A DNA stretch of 63,491 nt, filler included, from Sphacelaria rigidula (taxonomy: Eukaryota), in the NCBI GenBank assembly GCA_964200075.2. It is 11 parts of 11 records of this genome, joined end to end, with 100 filler letters (N's around TTAATTAATTAA, not from the genome) between each part and the next. Parts side by side here need not be neighbours in the genome. Positions count along the whole stretch, not along the records: positions 11,565 to 17,246 come from CAXNAA020025296.1; positions 17,347 to 23,028 come from CAXNAA020025297.1; positions 23,129 to 28,809 come from CAXNAA020025298.1; 8 more parts are not named here. One strand, given 5' to 3'. The notes beneath the pieces are model-generated. The model was not told where the DNA came from. It worked only from the letters and a program-made list of their open reading frames with translations, and searched no databases. The first letter of the stretch is position 1, and the number at the start of each line of letters is the position of its first letter. The position numbers were made by a program, and so were the translations under genes. Shown in pieces: positions 12,401-24,603 of this stretch.

Positions 12401-15400
12401 ATCGTAAGGCTGTTGCTGCATGAGATGCAACGCTGGGAAACTGTTTTTCATCGCCCCCTTTTTTATTTTTTAAATGATCGGACAATCTTGGCCCCAGGGC
12501 TTGAGGATAGAACTGCCAGTACATGTTGCTACGATACCCTCCCGGTTCTGTTCCCCCTCTCGGCTCGTACCTGAACTGGATGATATTACCTGTGTTGCTG
12601 GACGAACTCCCGGGTGTCTATTTGCGTGTGTCGTGTTGTGCTGAAAGTCGCACGTACAATCGTTTTGTTGTGCGGTACTGACAATAGTATAGTTCACGGT
12701 AGTCACAGAAGGGCTCTGGGACGTTACTACAAAAGGAAAATGAATGGATAAAAAATATCTTCCGATAAATGGATGGATGGCAGCTGATCGAGTCACCCAC
12801 CATTGTACCTGTCATTGGCGCCCCAACTCGAGGCAGGGTTTACCTGGTAGGGAGTAGACCTGTGGAGGGTTGGCTTGTGCATAGATTTCCTCAACTGCAT
12901 GGTGCAAGAAAAGATATATCTCATGTACGGAGGTTACTCGCAGGCGAGCAGACCTGGATATATCGGTTTTTAGTGCGGAAAATGAGCCAACCCTTCTTCT
13001 TTTGTTTAGTTGTTGATGCGGCGTCGGTGTAGTATATTAATCGCGTTGCTTCCACGGCATATTTTCACATGTGAGTAGACATTGTGTGCTGTTTGACATT
13101 TCATGGGTGATGGTGGGATAATCATGTATAATGTAGCGTATATTGTGAGTAAAGTACACGTCGATTCTGTATATGAGAAAATGTTTTATCGCCGCTTTCT
13201 TGACAAAAAAAAAGAAGAGAAGAATGAGCTCATATTCCGTATTAAACAGGCGCATACCAGTTCTATTCAGCACTGGCGAGCAACCTACTATGATGCCGAC
13301 GGTGTGATGGTAAATGACTGAGGGCCTGAAATAAAACTAGTTTCCTTGTGGATATGCAGATGGTCCCCAGAAACGACCAGCGGGTATGGAAGGATTCTAG
13401 TCGAATGTGTGTTTGTGTAAGGCAGGATTCGATCCATGTATTATTGCCGTAGCGGGTTGAAGGCAAAATGATTGTACCCGATTAGCCGCGTGTATCTGCT
13501 ACTACAACAGCTTTGATTGGCTTGAGGTACAGTGCGTTGTGTGGAGTGGTATTTATATGACAAGATTGTATGCGTAGCTAGGAGTTTTTGAGGGTAATCG
13601 TATGCCGCATCGCCCATGCAGGCACTTGTGTTCCACCTGTCAGAGAAAGGCCTACCGTGGATCTAATCACAAGAAGGACCATCAGCTTACATCTGTTCTG
13701 CGCGACGTCTCCCCTTTTGCCGGCAAGCTGTGACGAGTAAGTCACAAATAACATAGTCCCTTGGTATCACAGTGGTGTTTCCTTTTCAGAAAGAGCTCAG
13801 TGCTTACTTTCAACTACAGCTGTCTACTGTTGACGACTGCCCTTGTGTGAGAAAAACATATAGTTTGAGTGTAACAAGTCGGAAACAGGACCGCCTGTCT
13901 ACACCCCCAAGGGTGTGGCTTGCTTGCGTTCGGGGAATACGGCACTACTGCTTGCGGCAATTGCTTATTCTTCCACACATGGGGCTTCAGAGGTAGCTTG
14001 TGACCTCAAGCTGTACTATTTTTCTCTCCGTGGGCTGCTGCTGTACGCGTCCCCGCTCACCACAACCCTTCGTTGGTGTATAGTTTTCAAGCCCTGTATT
14101 TTCGGTCTTTGATTTTCACTTCATATTTGTGAACACGATTTAGCGGTGCAAAACACCAAGGTAATACGACAGCTTCTTGGACCGCTGTTTCCTCTTGAAC
14201 TCGAAGTTGGATATACATTCCGACACGAGTTCGCTGCAGGTCTTCGATGTGCCACACGGTACCCACGTTGGTTTCAGGCAGTGGCGACCGAACCATGAGG
14301 CGCTTCAGGTATGAACGCACACGCAAGCCCTCTCTTGCTGCACAAGCATATTTCCCCCAACCTGCAGGTCATATCGACGGTAGAAGCCAAACCACTTTGG
14401 CGGATGCGCTCTCTCTGCACAGAGAACGCATAGCGTTTTCATGCACACTCGATCTGAAGTGCCGTGTCCTTTTTCACCCACGGGCGGTTCTCGGATAATA
14501 TAGCCGCTCACGCGTTCCCTTGTTTAGATACGCCCCTCAAGGGCCCGTAGCTTTTTCACCGCCCTCCCGACCACCTGCCCCCGCAAACACCCCTGCTCAC
14601 AGTCCGTCGATTCTGTATCAACCGAATCGACCGACATGTGTCCAAACACACGCCGATTCATGCTTGCAGGTAGAGAGTTCGCGGGTTATTTCAATCGCCA
14701 CCCGCTGTACATACGAGTTTTCTTGCCCAAACACGGAACGTTGAGCCACCATGCGCCCCGAATTATGTCGATGCGGCATGATGGACCAGGATAAGAATAT
14801 TGTTTGTACACGAGCATGATTGACCACGGCGAGGCGTGAGGCCCATGTTAGTTGTTCACTTTCACACGGTACCAGTGTACACTACAGTTTGATTGCCGCC
14901 CCAACAACACGCAGTACAGTACATACTTGGTCGTCCAGAAGGCCACTCACCTTTCCCGTTAAAATATTGTTCCGAATTGAAGTGCTGACGACAGTACAGC
15001 ACCGTTTCAATTACAAACGGTGCAAGCGGGCGATATTTTGTGGACGGTGAGGTGCCGTACTGTAGCATGCGTTGGTACTGCTACACTATCTGAACGAAGT
15101 CATCTATATTGCATTGTAGATAAGAACACGGCGTGGGCATAACGTTGTGTCGGATTTGTTTTTCATGTGATGCGAACACATTGGGATCGTACTGCACTGT
15201 CGACCATACCCGCTGGACCACGTGAAGATCATGTGTACTGTACTGTGCCACACAGCATTTCGTTGTCTAGTGCTTTTTACGCTGCTGTCTCCACTGCACT
15301 ACATATTTGTATTGCGGTTGTGTTTGTACGTTTATTAACTGTCCACCTGTACGATGTACGTCACCAAGACGCCAACTCGGCTATTTTCAGTGAACTAGGC

Positions 15401-16719
15401 GGTGCTCTTGTATGAGTTGCCTCTGGAGATACGATACGGCATCCGACAGTTGTGTATGTGTGTGTGTGTCTGCGTGTGTGTGTGTGTATTTTTCTCTCAA
15501 ACCTCAAAATGTTCTCAAGACAGGACTAAGCGGTTGACGTTGCGGTCCGCTGCGTCCCACACGTATATCCCTTCATGGCATGCAGGTTTGTTAATGCGCT
15601 GTTGCGCTTGTGACAGACACTGTACGTTTGTTGGTTGTGACAACGTTCGTTTTCTTGTCTTTTGCTGTTACAATTTATTCCAACACACACACACACCTAC
15701 GGATTGTTGTGTGCCTCCGACATAGTTTTTATTTCCCTTTCGTCTGCGCCTGACTGGAAAGGTGGTAGACCTCATGCATGTGCGCAGTGCGCAGAACTAC
15801 ATGTCGATCGACTGCCGACAGTACCCTGCCACTCTATTCCTTTATTTTTGTTCACTCCGTTTCAGTCCTCAACAATTATGCCGTCTCCCACGACGAAACG
15901 TTCGCTTTTTACCCATGTCTGATATCAACCGCCCTCCGACTTCATCGGAGCACGATGTCACGAAGGACGGTACGCTCCCTACATACAGTGGTGAAACAAC
16001 TGTACGATCACCCATGCGTAATGAGACGGTTGCCAACAACAATCCGGAACGTTTCGATGTCGATGATAGCGTTCTTGCAGGGCACATTTTCAGGGATGTG
16101 GCTAAAGATTTCGATGAGGACCGTAGTTCTCCTCCCCAGGTCCACCCCCCATCCCTCAGTGAACATACCTCTACACCAACCAGCCACCCAAAACGCTGAT
16201 GGTGTTCCCACTTTTCATTCTTAGATGGCATTCCTCCAAGTGAGCCCTGATGCTACGAAAACCTTTCCTACCCATGACTCCCGCACTCAAACCAGTGCTG
16301 AACCCTGTAATAGCCCCACTCCGGCTGTTGATGACCAGCCCAAGCCAGAACAACCCCCGCCCACGCGTGACGAAGCATATTTCCAGCTCAAGCAAACTTC
16401 CCCAGCCCTCATTCCCCACGTTGGTACATCTTTTCGGTAAATGAACGAAAAACGTGCTAGGACCAGATTAATAACAGCAATCTAGCACAGCTTGAACATG
16501 CGTTGAGAGAGCTGGAATTTGCCCGCCTCCAGGCGGGTCAACATGAGGTTTTTTCAGGGGTACAGGAGCCCGCGTAGGTCCCGCGTGAGATGGATGTCCA
16601 TCCCGAGAACATGCCAACAGAACAGAACGAACTAGAACGCGCGATACGCACATCCACAAAGGCTCTGGAAATTGCGGAGCAAGAATATAAAGTGTTGACA
16701 AAAAGACACTTGGAAGCTT

Positions 16720-17246
16720 CGCATCATTTTGAACTATGTTGGTAAGTCTGGCAATCACAACTGCGTTCGTACGGTCGCCTGCTCCGCCACCAAGGCGACA
16801 ACTGATTCACCACCTGACCCACCTGACCTGGCGCACTTTCAACCACATGCACCGGCCCACTCACAAAACGGTGGACGTTTACACATGAGTGGACCTAGTG
16901 CCACGGCTGAACCCCGCCAGGGCGGCACCCACACAGCACTGATGCTCACCTCACAACTTGACAATCTTTTGAGAACGTTCTACAAGTCGCGGAGTTTCCA
17001 AATAGCATACAGTGGGGTAACCCAGGACGCGTTGCTTAGCCCAAAAGCTAAGCCCCGCCACTTGCCTATTTATTTTTCTACTTCTGTAAGTCAGTTCTGA
17101 TTTAGTTGGTACAATCCCACAATTAGAAATATACAACGACCGGTAACTCACTGCAGAAGTACCCAACACTTTTATGTCAACAATTTGTTTTCGCTCGGCC
17201 AGGTCACACACATCGCACGCACGAATCAACGGTGGCCACCGCGGGT
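16720..17246 (-). mobile_element. Possible decayed restriction-like endonuclease C-terminus of a CRE/R2-type non-LTR retrotransposon
   Basis: The minus frame reads R.CD...IVDIKV...A.SY...P.V..LET, and later ARLTNIVQNDA, loosely like the REL pattern R.D..VDV.V..SY..ET.G..RLS..Q. Weak similarity. Confidence 0.25.
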
Positions 17247-18930
17247 NNNNNNNNNNNNNNNNNNNNNNNNNNNNNNNNNNNNNNNNNNNNTTAATTAATT
17301 AANNNNNNNNNNNNNNNNNNNNNNNNNNNNNNNNNNNNNNNNNNNNAAGCACTGTTTTAGGCTTGAACCTCATCTCGGAGTAAAACCTCAATTCGCACAA
17401 TTTGTTGTTGAATGGAGAAGCAAACCCTCCGTTTTCTTTCATCTACGATAGCACAGCCCGAACATGAACGTGAAACCGTGAAAGATAACAGATTTACTGT
17501 CCCATATCAAGTCGGAAAGCAACCGAGGTTCTCCCCTCAATATCATAACAAACGTGAGACTAAATCCAAAGCCTACACATGTCAGTAACAGCGTGAGGGT
17601 TTACCACCTTACATGCAAATCGAAAGCACAGAAGATATAACCAGTACAGATGGGGTAGGATCATCACCCCCTTGATGTCAAATCGACATGGAGGTTTGGG
17701 TCTTATAGTGAGATACCCGTAAAACCTCACAGGCATTCATTGTGTTGTGGGAGTCCGGTCAGCCTTTTCCAGATATTTTCCGACGTAAGGGGCAGAAGAC
17801 GCCCGATGAAGGGAAGGGGTAGATAGGTACGATATAAACATCAAGACCTACCGCACTCGTGAAACAAACGCCTCACCGATGACCGACCACATGGCCTACG
17901 AGAAGGAGCACCAAGCGGTAGGTACACTCCCTGAGATCTTGAAGGATAGAAGTTGGTACAAAGTGTGGGGGAAGCGTTGACCAAGCTTTCGGCAGCGAAG
18001 GTCTACTCGGAAGCATCAGTGGAGTAGCGAACCATGGTGAATGGCACACGGAGTGGAAAAGGGATGTACGGGACATCCCGGTGTGATTAAGACCTTGCGT
18101 TATTCAAGCCATCCTGAAACCTTACACAGTATAGATGACCCCTCTGGAGTAGTAAAGTAACCAGTACAGCAGCGGGGCAAAAAGATAGAAGATACGATCG
18201 TGGGACGCCTGGATGGTTTACCATGAAGATCGCCCTGGTACAAACCTGGGGTACTTGTGTCAAAGGTGTTGAACTTACGAGCCCATCTTGGAGGCAGTAT
18301 TTAGTATCGGTGGACCAACAAAGGAACCGAAAGGCACCAGACTCCCAACAAGTAATATACTTGGGATGTACCAGTGCGTTGAAGATATCCCACCAATACA
18401 ATTGAAACGAACAGGCGGGGAATTCTCTCGAACAAGATCTAGAGACAGACGGTAAGGAAAGGCGGATGGTGGAGTAAAGAGTGGTCGGGTAAAGTACTAG
18501 GAGTGCTGGTAGTCGGGGTCTGTAGCGACATGACGAGAACTGAGTTAAAAAAAAGACCAATAGAATTGAGTTATACTCTTTGGCAACAGGAAAGGTAAAA
18601 AGGGAGGGAGACAACTTCCGACTCTCACCAAAACAGAGAGCAAGCAAGGAGTGGGAAAGGATAGAAACAAGTAAGGTATCGGCATGGGTTAGAAGGGTAA
18701 TATGGAGAGTATGTATTGTCAACGGGAAAACAAACCTTAGACAGACGGATGGGGGGAAAAGGCAGGAAGAGGTGAATGCCCGGAAGGGGAAAAAGAGAAG
18801 ACACAGTGCCCCAGAGCGAATAGACCAAGTCCAAACCGGCGAGGGGCATAACAATCAAGAAAGGGAACGTAGAAGTGAGAGACACGGGAAGAGGATAGGA
18901 GACAACAAAAAAGCAGCTAATGCTTCGGGG

Positions 18931-19053
18931 AAGAAGTTGAGAATAGGACCGTGGAAAGTGTGTGGCTTCGCCACGAACGGACGCAAAAGAACAGAGATAG
19001 ACGAACGAATAGGAAAGCGCGACCTCGACATCGTAGGAATTCAAGAGTCATGA
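18931..19053 (+). mobile_element. LINE ORF2 APE-endonuclease N-terminus, fragment
   Basis: KLRIGPWKVCGF..RKRTEI...DLDIVGIQES is a degenerate (I/L)GTWNV...D(I/L)VGIQE motif. Confidence 0.75.
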
Positions 19054-19119
19054 AAGAAAGACATGTGTCCTGATGAATATGATCGTACCAAAGCTGGAAT
19101 ATAACACGGGATTTTAGAA

Positions 19120-19300
19120 TTTGGGATGAACCATTGGGGATAAAAGCCCGGAGATTGAAAATCATTACATCCACACCAAATATTCGGAACATGGTTCTCT
19201 TTCTTCACTTGCTGGTGGCTATTGAGAACTGCTACACATCATACAAATTTGGATTCCGATAACCGAAATGTCGTGGTGCTAGGTGAAAAACCTTTTTCAA
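19120..19300 (+). mobile_element. Single arm of the foldback MITE family (see 32512-32947)
   Basis: Matches 32525-32705 and 24050-24240 (gctattgagaactgctacac...tttggattccgataaccgaaat). Confidence 0.7.
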
Positions 19301-19313
19301 GTCCGATCGGAAG

Positions 19314-19655
19314 ATCTAGACCTGCCAGAGAGAAAAAAGAGATATACCAGTAGTCGAGGGGAGGGTGAAGTAGATGCACAGAACTACCTCTGTGACAAAA
19401 GCAAAAGAAAGCAGAAGTCATAAAGTCGCAGGATGTGAACTATACAAGGAGAAACGGCAGGTGCTAGGGGTAAATGCGGGACGTGGACGAAGGTGGCATG
19501 CAATTATTTGATGCATTAGACAGTAGGGAGAAAACGATGGCTATACTCGGAGATAGATGGTGACCCCCGAGGGCGAAACCGGATGGGGTATGGTTTGTCA
19601 AAACGTTTTCATGTAATGTGTGAAAGAAGCACAATGAGTGTCTAAATGTGGGAAG
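19314..19655 (+). mobile_element. LINE ORF2 C-terminal (degenerate zinc-knuckle) region, apparently continuing at 21113-21232 after an insertion
   Basis: DLPERKKRYTSS...ESRSHKVAGCELYKEKR...EKTMAILGDRW with stops and frameshifts. Same strand as the flanking APE fragments. Confidence 0.55.
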
Positions 19656-21112
19656 ACGCGCTGATGCGGGGGTAATTATCCACACTACTCAAGTGTGCGT
19701 GAGCGGCGGTCAATAGGTACGTTCAGGTCAAAGAACAATAATAAAACGCTTCATGATATTTCTGGACGACTCTCTTGTTTTACACACTCAATATCTCTCA
19801 ATCAAACTCTTCGTACCTCAATCACCGACACGCAATCTCTCTCTTACTCAATCTCGCACACATACTCACCGACCAGTCTTGTGCGAACCCCAGTGCAAGG
19901 CACAATGGAAGCGGCACTCACCTAGACTGGGAGAGTGGAGCACGCGATGCTGCTCGCGGTCGATTACATGGTACTCGCACAACCTACGCCATCAGATACT
20001 TTCTTCTGAATAGCCACCATAATCCTCCGCGGTTCCAACATGGTTGATCCTACATCTACTGCACCGTATCTTCCATCACTCTCGTTTATGACTGAGTGTA
20101 AGCATATTCGATCGGCTCCGTTGCTCACGGCTCAGTCGCAATCTGAAAACCAAAACTATTGAAAAATGAGAAGGAAATTTTTCAACCTGACATGAAACAA
20201 AACTATCCTTACTCGTTACGCACTCACTATTTGACGTCCACCTGAAAATGGTTCTCTCTGCGCTGTCTTTCTAATTCAGTCAAATCACCAGCCTTGCTCA
20301 ATCTTGTTACTCTAAAACCTCAAATCTCACTAACACCTGTCACTCAAATTCTCGTTAGACTTGAAGTCCCCTCTCGCTTTACCTCTCTCAAATATCTGGC
20401 CCAACTGCTAAAGCGGCAAGTCTCGCGCTAGCGCAAGAAGACGCACTGATGTGGGGGAAATTGTTCACACTACTCAAGTGCGCGTGAACGGCAGTCGATA
20501 GGTCTGGTTCAGGGAAAATGACAATAGTAAAACGCTTTGAAATATTTCTGGCCCACTCTCTTGTCTTAAACACCCAATCTCTGTCAACCAATCTCTCTCT
20601 CGTTCACTCGACCACACTCAATCTCTCTCTTACTCGATCTCTCACGCGCACTCACTAACCACTCTTGTACAAACCTCAGAGAAAGGATCGATGGCACGAC
20701 ACCCAACCAGGTGCGCGTGGACGACAGTCAAGAGGTCTGGTTCAGGGCAAAGAACATTAGTAAAGCGCTTTGTGGTATTTCTGGCCTACTCTCATGTCCT
20801 ACACACTCAATCTCTCTCAACCAACCTCTCTCTCTCACTCACCCGCGCTCAATCTCTCACGCACACTCAGCAACCACTCCTATACAAACCTCAGAGCAAG
20901 GCACGATGACAGTGGCACCCGACCAGACTGTGAAGGTGAGGCACACGATGCTGCTCGTGGTTGATTGCATTGTGCTCGCAAAACCTCCGTCATTAAATAA
21001 TCTCCCGTTGGTCACGATAATCCTACGCGCTTCCAACATGGTTGACTCTACATCTACTGCACCGTATCTTGCATCACTCTCAATCATGACTGAGTGTAAG
21101 CATATTCGATCA
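19651..21112. mobile_element. Non-coding element with long direct repeats (19654-20113 and 20437-21112), TRIM-like or tandem solo-LTR-like, nested in a LINE relic
   Basis: Both repeats begin gaagacgc.ctgatg.ggggg.aatt.t.cacactactcaagtg and end gactgagtgtaagcatattcgatc. The second has an internal duplication. Confidence 0.6.
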
Positions 21113-21239
21113 AAACGTTCGAGGTGCTATTCGGAATAGGAACAGTGCTCCGTCTCACAAGAGATGCGTGGTCAACTGTCAAACGACTGAGACGAGCAAC
21201 CATGAGTAGGCCCGTTCCCCCTCCCTCCCATCTAGTAAA

Positions 21240-22200
21240 CACGACCTAGATATCGTAGGAATTCAAGAGTCATGGAAGAGAAAGAGGGAAGAAATAGGAT
21301 GCAAAGTTGAAGAGCACGCATGGATAAGGAAAAAGCGGAAGGGACATAAAAGCCCAAGAGCAGGGGAGCGGGGGGAGTAGGGTTCTTAGTCAAGGAATAC
21401 CTGTGTGACACTATCGAAGTGATCGATGGCACGAAATTCGGCACTATTATATGGATAAGGGTACCAGGAGAGCGGGGATCAAAGGATTTCTTTGTAGGGA
21501 GCATCTATATGGCCTCAGAATCGAAGAGTACGGTGGACGGTATTCAGCGTAGGTTTGGAGAGATAGCAGCAGATGTGCATAAGTACAAAAGTCAAGGAGA
21601 AGTGATACTAGTGGGGGATTTTAATGCAAGGGTAGGAAGAGCAGATGCACCTGATGATCTCATTGGGCAATACGGGGAAGATAAGAAGAACACGAATGGG
21701 GTAGAAATGCTCGAGGAACTCGAGCATAACGAGATGAAGACGCTGAACGATGGAGTACTGAAGTCAGGGGTACAATTGACATGGACGAGGCAATGCAAAG
21801 GAATGTGAGAATGCTCCGTTCTTGACTATATAGTGGTAGGTCATGGAAAGAGTGAAGAAATGAAATACATACATGCGCGGAAGACGTGGGAACCACAGAT
21901 CACTGCCTAGTATGAACAGGAAGTCAACAGACGAGAGCGAAAATAAACAGGAAGGAAGCTATACAAATGGAGTATCGATTAACTAGATGTGGAAGACTAA
22001 CGGCAACAGTTCCAAGAGGAGATGGCCAAAAATGCAGTGAAATTCTCCGAGCTATTGGAACGCGCAGGTAAAGTTGATACCGAAATGGAAACAAATCGGG
22101 CATTAGCGAAGAATGTAGAAGGATGGGAGAAGCTCGTCAAAACCACAGCGAGTAAAGTCACAGGAAGAAAACTGATCGTATGCGACAGAGCGATGAAAAA
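21240..22200 (+). mobile_element. Degenerate LINE ORF2 APE endonuclease domain
   Basis: DLDIVGIQESW, GAGGVGFLVKE, FVGSIY, VILVGDFNARVG, N.NG, TWTR, VLDYIVV and TDHCLV motifs, with stops and frameshifts. Confidence 0.9.
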
Positions 22201-22214
22201 TTGCACACGTAGGA

Positions 22215-22722
22215 CAGCTCATGAGCTAGCTCATCTGCGGACGGTAGCTCACTTGTAGTCGAACATGTACATGTGAGCTACGTCCGATAGCTCAACACAA
22301 GGCAAACGTGCGCTGATGAGCTATGAGTTGGTAGCTCACCCAGCCAAACATGCGTAGCTCACGCAGCTCTCATAGCTCACCCAGGACGAATATGAGCTGA
22401 TGAGCTACGGGTTGGTAGCTCACCCAGGGCAAACATACGTAGCTCATGTAGCTCCCGTAGCTCACCCAGGACAAATATGATCTGATGAGCTACGGGTTGA
22501 TAGCTCACCCAGGGTAAACATGTGCAGCTCATGTAGCTCTCACAGCTCCCCCAGGGAAAACATCTGCGGATGAGCTACGCTCGATAGCTCACCCAAGGCA
22601 AACATGTGTAGCTCACGCAGCTCTTCTAGCTCACCCACGGGAAAACATGAGCGGATGAACTACGCCCGGGAGCTCACCCCAGGGATACATGGTTGTGGCT
22701 CACTCACACCATATGCCTAGCT
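22215..22722. repeat. ~85-bp tandem repeat (about 5 copies) built from GAGCTA/TAGCTC motifs
   Basis: gatga(g/a)cta at 22315, 22399, 22484, 22569 and 22654. Confidence 0.9.
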
Positions 22723-22961
22723 CGCCGATGGCCAACCCCGTATCGCTTATGATGCAACATTCTTGTTCGAACGGATGGTGCCACGTATCATTACATCGTG
22801 GTTGTGATGTTTTACCTCACTCTTAGCGATAGGAAGAAAAGAAGCCAACACATCCTTGTTCGCTTGGTCGGATGGATAAAAAAGGTATTAGTATTCAGTG
22901 TCTACAATAATCGACCGATTCATTTCTATAAACCGGTTGGCCGCGAGGGTACGAGTCCATC

Positions 22962-23028
22962 TAACAGGGGTGCCAGAAAAATGAGAACGTATTTTGAAAT
23001 GAGAATCAACCGCTCCCCGGGATTGTGT
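22962..23028 (+). repeat. High-copy repeat at a contig break (near-identical copy at 57648-57711)
   Basis: aacagggg/ttgccagaaaaatgagaacgtattttga.atgagaatcaaccgctccccgggattgt ends two different contigs. Confidence 0.85.
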
Positions 23029-23128
23029 NNNNNNNNNNNNNNNNNNNNNNNNNNNNNNNNNNNNNNNNNNNNTTAATTAATTAANNNNNNNNNNNNNNNN
23101 NNNNNNNNNNNNNNNNNNNNNNNNNNNN

Positions 23129-23176
23129 CAACCATCAGAAGGTTACGAGGTTACCAACTGAGCCACCGGGGCGACC
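23129..23176 (-). mobile_element. 5' head of a tRNA-derived SINE (truncated by the contig start)
   Basis: The minus strand reads gtcgccccggTGGCTCAGTTGGtaacc, a Pol III A-box in a tRNA D-arm-like context. No anticodon arm or B-box before the gap. Confidence 0.55.
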
Positions 23177-23407
23177 GGTCATGGATCGGGAGGCCAAACG
23201 ATGAATTATTTTCAACATTGTTTTCTGCTTGTCGGATCCCATATGTTGATAACGGTGCAGTATGTGGGATATGCCTAGCCGACGCTGTTCGCAATAAATA
23301 TATATTTCCCCCAATCTCCGGATGAAATGGAGGGCAACGTGAAGATGTCTTTCGAGCTTCTTCTGCTGTTCAAATTCCAAATCTGCCAGTGTGCATGGGA
23401 TTTGCGG

Positions 23408-23572
23408 AGCAGAAGAAGCTGTTCGAAATAGATCCTTTTTTTGCCCAAATTTATTTGGGCAAAAAAAGGACTTGTTTTGAATAGCTTCTTCTGCTGTCCG
23501 AAATAAATCCTTTTTTGCCCGATTCGAATCGGGCAACAAGGAATGTATCTCCGACAGCAGGAGAAGCTATTC
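23408..23572. repeat. Two overlapping near-perfect hairpins/palindromes
   Basis: agcagaagaagct...ttgcccaaat-tt-atttgggcaa...agcttcttctgct, followed by ttgcccgattcgaatcgggcaa with related arms. Confidence 0.8.
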
Positions 23573-24038
23573 CAAAAAAGTAAAATTACAGATTTTGTAC
23601 CAAAATATTTTGGAATTTTTCAAATTGGGAAGGCCTCTCCACAGGGTTGCTAGCAAGGCTTCGACAAAAACGCTATGCAAAATGCTATTACAGGTACTAG
23701 GGTTCGCAAATGCTACACAGGAGTTTTCACAAAGACTGTGGAGAACCCTGTGCAGCTCGTCCTACAGGGTGCTATTTGTCCACGTGTGTGATCCTGCATG
23801 TTGCGGTCATGCGACCATTGATCTCGTATCCCCTACTAACCCGGGAAGGAGCACGCCGAGTTTTCGCCGCACCAAGCTCGGGATCAATCACACCAAACGC
23901 AAAGCGCCACGTGATTGATGCGTTCGGCGAGTCGCATGAAGGGTGAGCTGCATTCTGCTTGGGTTGTTCGACCCGAAGCGTACTCATTGTCTTCCATTTG
24001 AATGGCAGCCTCCAATGAGTATCTTCATTTGCTGGTAT

Positions 24039-24603
24039 TCATCGAAATTGAGGATGCGAAGCTTTTCATTGAGGATAAGAACCCCGAGGATTAAAGTCTT
24101 CGTGTATCCACACTAAATGTTCGAAACATGGTTCCATTCCTTCACGTACTACTGGTAGCTATTGACAACCGCTACACACCCTACACATTTGAATTCCGAT
24201 AACCGAAATATTGGGGTCCTAGGTAAAGAAACAAATTCGGGGAATTTCGCCGATCCGATCGCATTACCTCAGTCAACAGTCAATCGTCGAAATTGAGGAA
24301 GGAGCTTTTCATTAAGATGAGAACCCAGAGGCTTAATACATCTTCGTATTCACACCAAATCTTCGATATATCGTTCCATTTCACATCGGATCGCCGAAAT
24401 TCCCCGAAATTGGTTTTACACCCATTATAGGACCCCAACATTTCGGTTATCGAAATCAAAATTTGTAGAGCGTGGAGCAGTTGTCAATAGCTACCAGTAG
24501 GTGAAGGCATGGAACCATATTTCGAAGATTTGGTGTGGATACGAAGATTTGAATCCTCCGGGTTCTCATCCTTAATGAAAAGCTCCATCCTAAATTTCGA
24601 TGA
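24039..24603. mobile_element. Foldback MITE with an extra internal partial arm
   Basis: tcatcgaaattgaggat... at about 24039 is inverted at about 24560-24603. A partial third arm lies at about 24285-24380. Confidence 0.75.

Noticed and set aside
15762..16440. Pro/Ser/Asp-rich ORFs as a gene
   Set aside because: No recognisable domain or convincing splice structure, and the frames are broken by stops.
22215..22722. CRISPR-like array
   Set aside because: The whole 85-bp unit repeats; there are no unique spacers.
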